Of a stretch of DNA of 64,000 bases, positions 59,174 to 64,000 are shown in pieces. The translations under genes were made by a program, and so were the position numbers. The notes under the pieces were generated by a model, which was not told the origin of the DNA, searched no databases, and worked only from the letters and a program-made list of their open reading frames with translations. How positions within the stretch are numbered: position 1 is the first letter of the stretch; each line of letters starts with the position of its first letter. Source of the DNA: Halarcobacter sp. (GTDB lineage: Bacteria > Campylobacterota > Campylobacteria > Campylobacterales > Arcobacteraceae). The stretch is taken from NCBI GenBank assembly GCA_963676565.1, contig OY781089.1, positions 1,696,001 to 1,760,000 on the forward strand, read 5' to 3'.

Positions 59174-60115
59174 TTGAATTTTGAGTTACTTTATGATGAA
59201 TTTAATGAAAAAATCGCAAAAAAAGAATTCGAGGACTCATTAAATTTAATTCCAAAACTTATTGAGTCTGCAACTAATGATTTAGATGTATTTTATGCTT
59301 TAATGGGGAAAGCTAGTGTACTTACAAATCTTAATGAAACAGATGAAGTTATTGAAACCTATGATGAAATAATTGATAAGTTTGAAGATTCTAAAGATTC
59401 AATTATCTTAAAATATTTAGCTTATGCTTATTATAACAAGGCATTGGTTTTTGCAAAGCTTAATAAGTATGAAGAGGAATTAAAAGTTTATAGTATTCTT
59501 TTAGAAAAGTTTATTGAAGATACATCTGAAGACTTGGAAATAGTATTAGCAAAAGCATACGTAAACAAAGCTATTTGTTTAGGTGAATTAAATAAATTAG
59601 AAGATTCTATCAAAGTTTATAAAGAGTTGATTTTAAACTTTAAAAATACAACTGACGCAACAGTTCTTAATACTTTAGTTAGCTCTTACTACAATATTGC
59701 ATTAACTTTTGCGAAATTAGATGATAGTGAAAAAGCAATTCAAACTTATGATGAATTAATTGAAAAATTCTCTAATTCTACAAATGAAAATATCTTAGAG
59801 TATGTAGCAAAATCTTTAGTAAATAAAGCTAGTAGACTAAAAGAGTTAAATAAAAATCTAAAAGCAATAGAAACCTATGATGAAGTTATAAAAAGATTTG
59901 ATTCTTATGATGGAAAAATTATCTCTCAAGTGGCAATTGCCTTACATAATAAAACAGTAATTCTTGGGGAACTTCAAAAAGAAGATGAACTTTTAAACAC
60001 TTGTGATTATATTATTGAAAAATTTTCAAATGTAAACAATGAATTGATTATGAATATTGTCTCAACTGCACAAGTGATAAAAGATAAAGATAGATTTAAT
60101 AACAATACTTACTAA
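59174..60115 (+). CDS. TPR-like repeat protein (43-aa repeats)
   Basis: Repeating YDE.I.KF...A.A..NKA..L..L units. Confidence 0.85.
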   Translation: MNFELLYDEFNEKIAKKEFEDSLNLIPKLIESATNDLDVFYALMGKASVLTNLNETDEVIETYDEIIDKFEDSKDSIILKYLAYAYYNKALVFAKLNKYEEELKVYSILLEKFIEDTSEDLEIVLAKAYVNKAICLGELNKLEDSIKVYKELILNFKNTTDATVLNTLVSSYYNIALTFAKLDDSEKAIQTYDELIEKFSNSTNENILEYVAKSLVNKASRLKELNKNLKAIETYDEVIKRFDSYDGKIISQVAIALHNKTVILGELQKEDELLNTCDYIIEKFSNVNNELIMNIVSTAQVIKDKDRFNNNTY

Positions 60116-60143
60116 TAAGTATTATTACTTTAAGGATTATCTT

Positions 60144-60536
60144 CTAAGCAAACTTAGAAGATAACTCTTTTAATATATTTTTAGTTTCAAATGAATCACC
60201 ATTATATTTAACTAATTTAATCCCTTGTGAAGTGAAAGATTTAGCTGTATTTTTACAAGCTTTTTTTACAACGACAAAATCACAATCTGTTAACACTCTA
60301 CCCATCTTATTGTGTTGTTCAATGTGTTCTGCATCATCATGGTCATGATGACACTCATGCTCCTCTTCAGGCTCATCATGGTCAATATCTGTTCTTGGAT
60401 TATTTTTAATTTCATTTAACTCAAATGATCTAAACATACCTGTACCATTCATAGTAAACACTGCAAACTTAGGAGTGTGTCCTGCATTTGGAAAAAACAT
60501 TAGATTTTCATCTTTAACTGGCACTGCAATTTTCAT
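60144..60536 (-). CDS. NifB/NifX-like (FeMo-cofactor-binding fold) protein with His-rich loop
   Basis: MKIAVPV, GHTPKFAVF, NP, a His/Asp/Glu-rich insert and L.DCDFVV. Confidence 0.75.
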   Translation of the reverse strand: MKIAVPVKDENLMFFPNAGHTPKFAVFTMNGTGMFRSFELNEIKNNPRTDIDHDEPEEEHECHHDHDDAEHIEQHNKMGRVLTDCDFVVVKKACKNTAKSFTSQGIKLVKYNGDSFETKNILKELSSKFA

Positions 60537-60684
60537 AATATATCCTTCAAATTTTTTTTTATATTACATCTTAATTATTAAACTATGCAATAACTAATCC
60601 ATAAATAAAATTTTTTAAGTAAATTGTAAAATTAGCTTTTAATAAAAACTTTTATGATAGAGTATCTAAAAATAGGAAAATAAT

Positions 60685-61248
60685 ATGGGGTTTTTTAAAA
60701 ATATTGTAAATTTAATTGCTAAAGCGTCAATTCCAACTTATAAATTTGAAGAAAATAGCTTGATTTTTAAATTAAATAACGATCAATTCTTTACATATGA
60801 TTTGGGTGAATATGAGATTAAAACCAGACACGATTCTTATGTTTTAGAAGCTTATACTTTAAAAAATGATGATATCTTTTTAGAATATATAAGAACCCAT
60901 AATAATGCTTCATGGAATGGACAACCATTATCTTTATTTGAAGGTTTTTTTAAAATTAAACTAAATATTAAATCATTTAAACTTTTAGAAGAAAAAGAGA
61001 TAAATAAATACACATTTAAAGTGTTTAAAGTTGATGATTCTTTTGTTTTACATATTATTTATATTTATACGGCGGTTTCTGATATTATCATTGTTGATAT
61101 GAAAGGTGAACTTTATAAAAATTTACTTACAAGGCTAGATGAATCTTATAAATATAAGTTTAATGATGAAGAGAAAGGCTTTGTTAATTTCAATATCTCA
61201 ATGATAAAAGAAAACTATATTCAAAACTTTATAGAAGGTGAAAAATGA
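60685..61248 (+). CDS. Hypothetical protein (paralog of the next gene)
   Basis: IFLE..WNG.P..LNI..FK..KV.D..IYIY..D..G.LY..LL pattern shared with 61245..61871. Confidence 0.75.
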   Translation: MGFFKNIVNLIAKASIPTYKFEENSLIFKLNNDQFFTYDLGEYEIKTRHDSYVLEAYTLKNDDIFLEYIRTHNNASWNGQPLSLFEGFFKIKLNIKSFKLLEEKEINKYTFKVFKVDDSFVLHIIYIYTAVSDIIIVDMKGELYKNLLTRLDESYKYKFNDEEKGFVNFNISMIKENYIQNFIEGEK

Positions 61249-61871
61249 AAATAAAAAACTATTTACTTATGGCTTTATTAACTTTTTTCTTGATTGGATG
61301 TGCATCCACTACAAGATATCAGTTTAATACAAATAAACTAGTTTTAGGAAAAGAGAATAGTTTAGTTAATTTAAACTTTACTAATCCAAAGTTTCAAAGG
61401 CAAGGTTCTTTTTGTACCACAGAATCATTCACATTAAGTGATGAAAATAAAGACTATGGATACATTTTTTTAGAATCAATAGAGCTTAGCAATAATTGTT
61501 ATTGGAATGGATTACCAAGTTCTTTTTTACAAAACAATATAAAAGAGCAATTAAACATAACTTCGCTAAAAACAGTTGAAGATTATGATATTGACGGATA
61601 TAATTTTAAGACTTTAAAAGTAAATGATGATTCTTATCTCAATTTGATTTATATTTATAGTGGAAATAAAAACAGATTTATCATTGATTCCAATGGAAAA
61701 TTATATGATAAATTACTAAAAAGTTTTAAACCAGACTATGAAAATAAATATCTGGGTAAGAAGAGATTTCTTGGAAAATATAACGATAGTTTAGTTAGAA
61801 AAAATATAATTAATCGATATTTTGAAGCTGAGAAGATTGAGCTAACTTCTCAACTTATTTTATCCCTTTAA
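61245..61871 (+). CDS. Hypothetical lipoprotein
   Basis: LIGC lipobox; ATGA overlap with the upstream gene. Confidence 0.78.
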   Translation: MKIKNYLLMALLTFFLIGCASTTRYQFNTNKLVLGKENSLVNLNFTNPKFQRQGSFCTTESFTLSDENKDYGYIFLESIELSNNCYWNGLPSSFLQNNIKEQLNITSLKTVEDYDIDGYNFKTLKVNDDSYLNLIYIYSGNKNRFIIDSNGKLYDKLLKSFKPDYENKYLGKKRFLGKYNDSLVRKNIINRYFEAEKIELTSQLILSL

Positions 61872-62680
61872 TTTCCAAAAACTTTTTTAAGTAAAGAGGT
61901 AGTTTGCTCAACGGGATTAGTTCTAATAAGAGCTTCTTTTTGGGCAATCATCTCAAATAATCCATCAATAGCTTTATTTGTTACATAATCATCTAAGTTT
62001 TCATCACTTGCACTTGGGATATAAGAATCAACCCCAAACCCTTTTGCTAAATTCATAACAGAACTATTTTCAACAACACCCTTACCATATTGTTTATAAT
62101 ATGAATTAAAAGAATCATAGTATTTAGCTACACTATTTTGAGCCATTGTTTCTTGAACAATAGGTTTTATCATATCTCTCAATGATTTAGTTGTGTTATC
62201 CTTAAAATAGTTTGTTGCTGCATTTTTATCACCATTTAAAATCTTTTTTGCATCATCTAAGGTCATCTTATCAATTGCATTTACAAATATCTCTGCAGTT
62301 TTAGGAGCAGCTTTTGTTGCTGCACTATTCATCGATTTTATTAAATCATCTGCAACTTTATCTCCACCCACTTTTCTAATTAGTGTTTCTGCTTTTTGTA
62401 AGTTTTCAGGTAGTGGAATTTTTACAAGTGAATTATTTAAATATCCATTTTGTGCACCAAGTGTATTAACTGCATAATCAACACCAACTTTTAATGCTTC
62501 TTTTAAACCACTAGAAACAGTTGAGTTTGTTAAACTAGAATTTGTTGTTGCGCTTGTTGAACTGCTAGATTTTGTTACACTATCTGTAACTGCTTTAGTG
62601 ATACTTCCTAAGTCAAAGGCAAAACTTATAGTTGAACATAAAAGTAAAGATGCAACGATTGATGTTTTTTTATTTATCAT
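61868..62680 (-). CDS. DUF4197 family exported protein
   Basis: GLKEALKVG, VKIPLP, MNSAA, AATNYF and AIDGLF.IA.KE..IR.NP motifs. Confidence 0.88.
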   Translation of the reverse strand: MINKKTSIVASLLLCSTISFAFDLGSITKAVTDSVTKSSSSTSATTNSSLTNSTVSSGLKEALKVGVDYAVNTLGAQNGYLNNSLVKIPLPENLQKAETLIRKVGGDKVADDLIKSMNSAATKAAPKTAEIFVNAIDKMTLDDAKKILNGDKNAATNYFKDNTTKSLRDMIKPIVQETMAQNSVAKYYDSFNSYYKQYGKGVVENSSVMNLAKGFGVDSYIPSASDENLDDYVTNKAIDGLFEMIAQKEALIRTNPVEQTTSLLKKVFGN

Positions 62681-62782
62681 GATATATCCTAATTGATTTT
62701 TTTATTATTATATGTTAATTTCCATAAAATATGATTATTTTATTTATTTACTATATAATAATTGTGTAAATAAGGAGTAATA

Positions 62783-63214
62783 GTGATTAATAAGATTTCA
62801 AAATTTTTACATAGTTTTAAAAACAAAACATTAGAAACACACGAAATAGTTGAGTTAAAAGAGAAAATATACAAGTTTGCCAATGATATAAAAGAACAAT
62901 CTTTTGATAAAGAGTATGAAGAGAATTTTTTAACTATATTAGGCTACAGCTATAGATTAAATGACTTATCTCAAAGAATTTTTTATACTTTTCAAGAGGC
63001 AGTTTATGCAATAGATTTAGATATATTGATGAAAAATGAGGATTCAAAAAAATTAAACTCTATTGTTTATATTTTAGTTTTAGAGCAATTAATTAAATAT
63101 TACGAATCAAATAATGAAGATGAAGAATTAAAACAAAAAGCTCTTGAAACGTATAAAATTATAGAAGATAGAAAAGCAAAAGAGAATAAAAAGTATCATA
63201 TGTATCAGTATTAA
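62783..63214 (+). CDS. Hypothetical protein
   Basis: AAGGAG SD, GTG start, TATAAT upstream; 143-aa helical protein. Confidence 0.7.
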   Translation: MINKISKFLHSFKNKTLETHEIVELKEKIYKFANDIKEQSFDKEYEENFLTILGYSYRLNDLSQRIFYTFQEAVYAIDLDILMKNEDSKKLNSIVYILVLEQLIKYYESNNEDEELKQKALETYKIIEDRKAKENKKYHMYQY

Positions 63215-63270
63215 ATTGTGATGAGTTGTGAAATAATGTTAGAATATGTTAGCAATTAAAGAGGTTTAGT

Positions 63271-64000
63271 GTGGCAATTTTTAAAAAAAATGTATGGATG
63301 ATTTTTTATATTATTTTTCTAATCAGTTTAATCATCTTTTTATTTTTAATATATAAAGTTGATAAAAGTGAATATAATGAATTTACTGAAAAACAAGAAA
63401 ATCTAACCAAAATCACAGCAAACTCAATCAATTCTATTTTTTTACAATATGAAATGGTTTTAGATATTTTAGGATCTCAATTAATTAAAAATAAACTTTA
63501 TAAAGATTTTGAATCCTCAAGAAAACTTTTAGATAATTTATTAACTGTTAATACAGATCTTCTTGCTTTTGCTTTAGTTAAAGAAAATGGACAAATATAT
63601 GCAACTAGCACCAATCTTTCTAAAATAAAGAATCTTCCAAATCTGTTGGATCTTGAAGAGACTAGAGATACTTTTTTAAAGTCATTAAATTCAAAAGAGA
63701 TGGTAATTGGTAGAACTTATTATAGTAATGAATTAAAGGATATAGTTATACCCATTAGAAAAGCTATTAGAGATAAAAGCGGAAATGTTATAGCTGTTAT
63801 TATAACAGGAATTAAAGTAGATAAAAATTTTAAACTATTGAGCGATACTCAAAGTAAAACTGTTTTGATTAGAGGGGATGATAGGTATATACAACTTTTG
63901 GATTATAGTAAAAGCAATCATTTAAAAAAATTTTATAAAATTCAAGTTCCTTTAGTGCATCTTGAAGACAATATAAGAAAAATTGAAACAAAATATAATC
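63271..64000 (+). CDS. 5' part of a membrane sensor with a dCache-like domain (runs off the window; not in the ORF track)
   Basis: GAGG SD, GTG at 63271, an N-terminal TM helix, then EMVIGRTYYS..VIPIRKAIRDKSGNVIAVI; open to the window end. Confidence 0.75.
   Translation, partial: MAIFKKNVWMIFYIIFLISLIIFLFLIYKVDKSEYNEFTEKQENLTKITANSINSIFLQYEMVLDILGSQLIKNKLYKDFESSRKLLDNLLTVNTDLLAFALVKENGQIYATSTNLSKIKNLPNLLDLEETRDTFLKSLNSKEMVIGRTYYSNELKDIVIPIRKAIRDKSGNVIAVIITGIKVDKNFKLLSDTQSKTVLIRGDDRYIQLLDYSKSNHLKKFYKIQVPLVHLEDNIRKIETKYN

Noticed and set aside
1..64000. CRISPR arrays, tRNA/rRNA genes, IS elements, prophage, phase-variable poly-G tracts, selenocysteine recoding in gpx or msrAB
   Set aside because: None seen by eye; gpx and msrAB have ordinary Cys codons at their active sites. 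A covariance-model scan would be needed to exclude small RNAs.

Overview
AT-rich chromosomal window of about 58 genes. The gene content (ciaB, a CetB-like PAS protein paired with an MCP, a short large-type NAD-GDH, family II pyrophosphatase, TGnTAnAAT promoters) points to a Campylobacterota genome, most likely Arcobacteraceae; this is an inference. Most genes are housekeeping, transport or sensing: msrAB, gpx, lctP, bioA, xth, a two-component system with a TAXI-TRAP transporter, an YbhGFSR-like ABC efflux system, ferritin, ppaC, leuA, speB, ybaK, gdh, ciaB and htpG. I saw no rRNA, tRNA, CRISPR array, transposase or integrase. The best leads are: (1) a SRAP/YedK protein whose N-terminal catalytic Cys is replaced by Pro while the other motifs are intact; (2) an unannotated Leu-rich leader peptide upstream of a short leuA, with no visible intrinsic terminator; (3) a ~130-bp ERIC-like palindromic element overlapping the htpG stop codon; (4) a hairpin between lctP and bioA with a -10 box in its loop and an outer stem covering the bioA RBS; (5) a J-domain/DUF4139/atypical ADP-ribosylglycohydrolase/PsiE operon; (6) several visible operator sites (CIRCE, 30-bp-phased CATATG boxes, 11-bp direct repeats). 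All calls come from reading motifs by eye; no searches were run.
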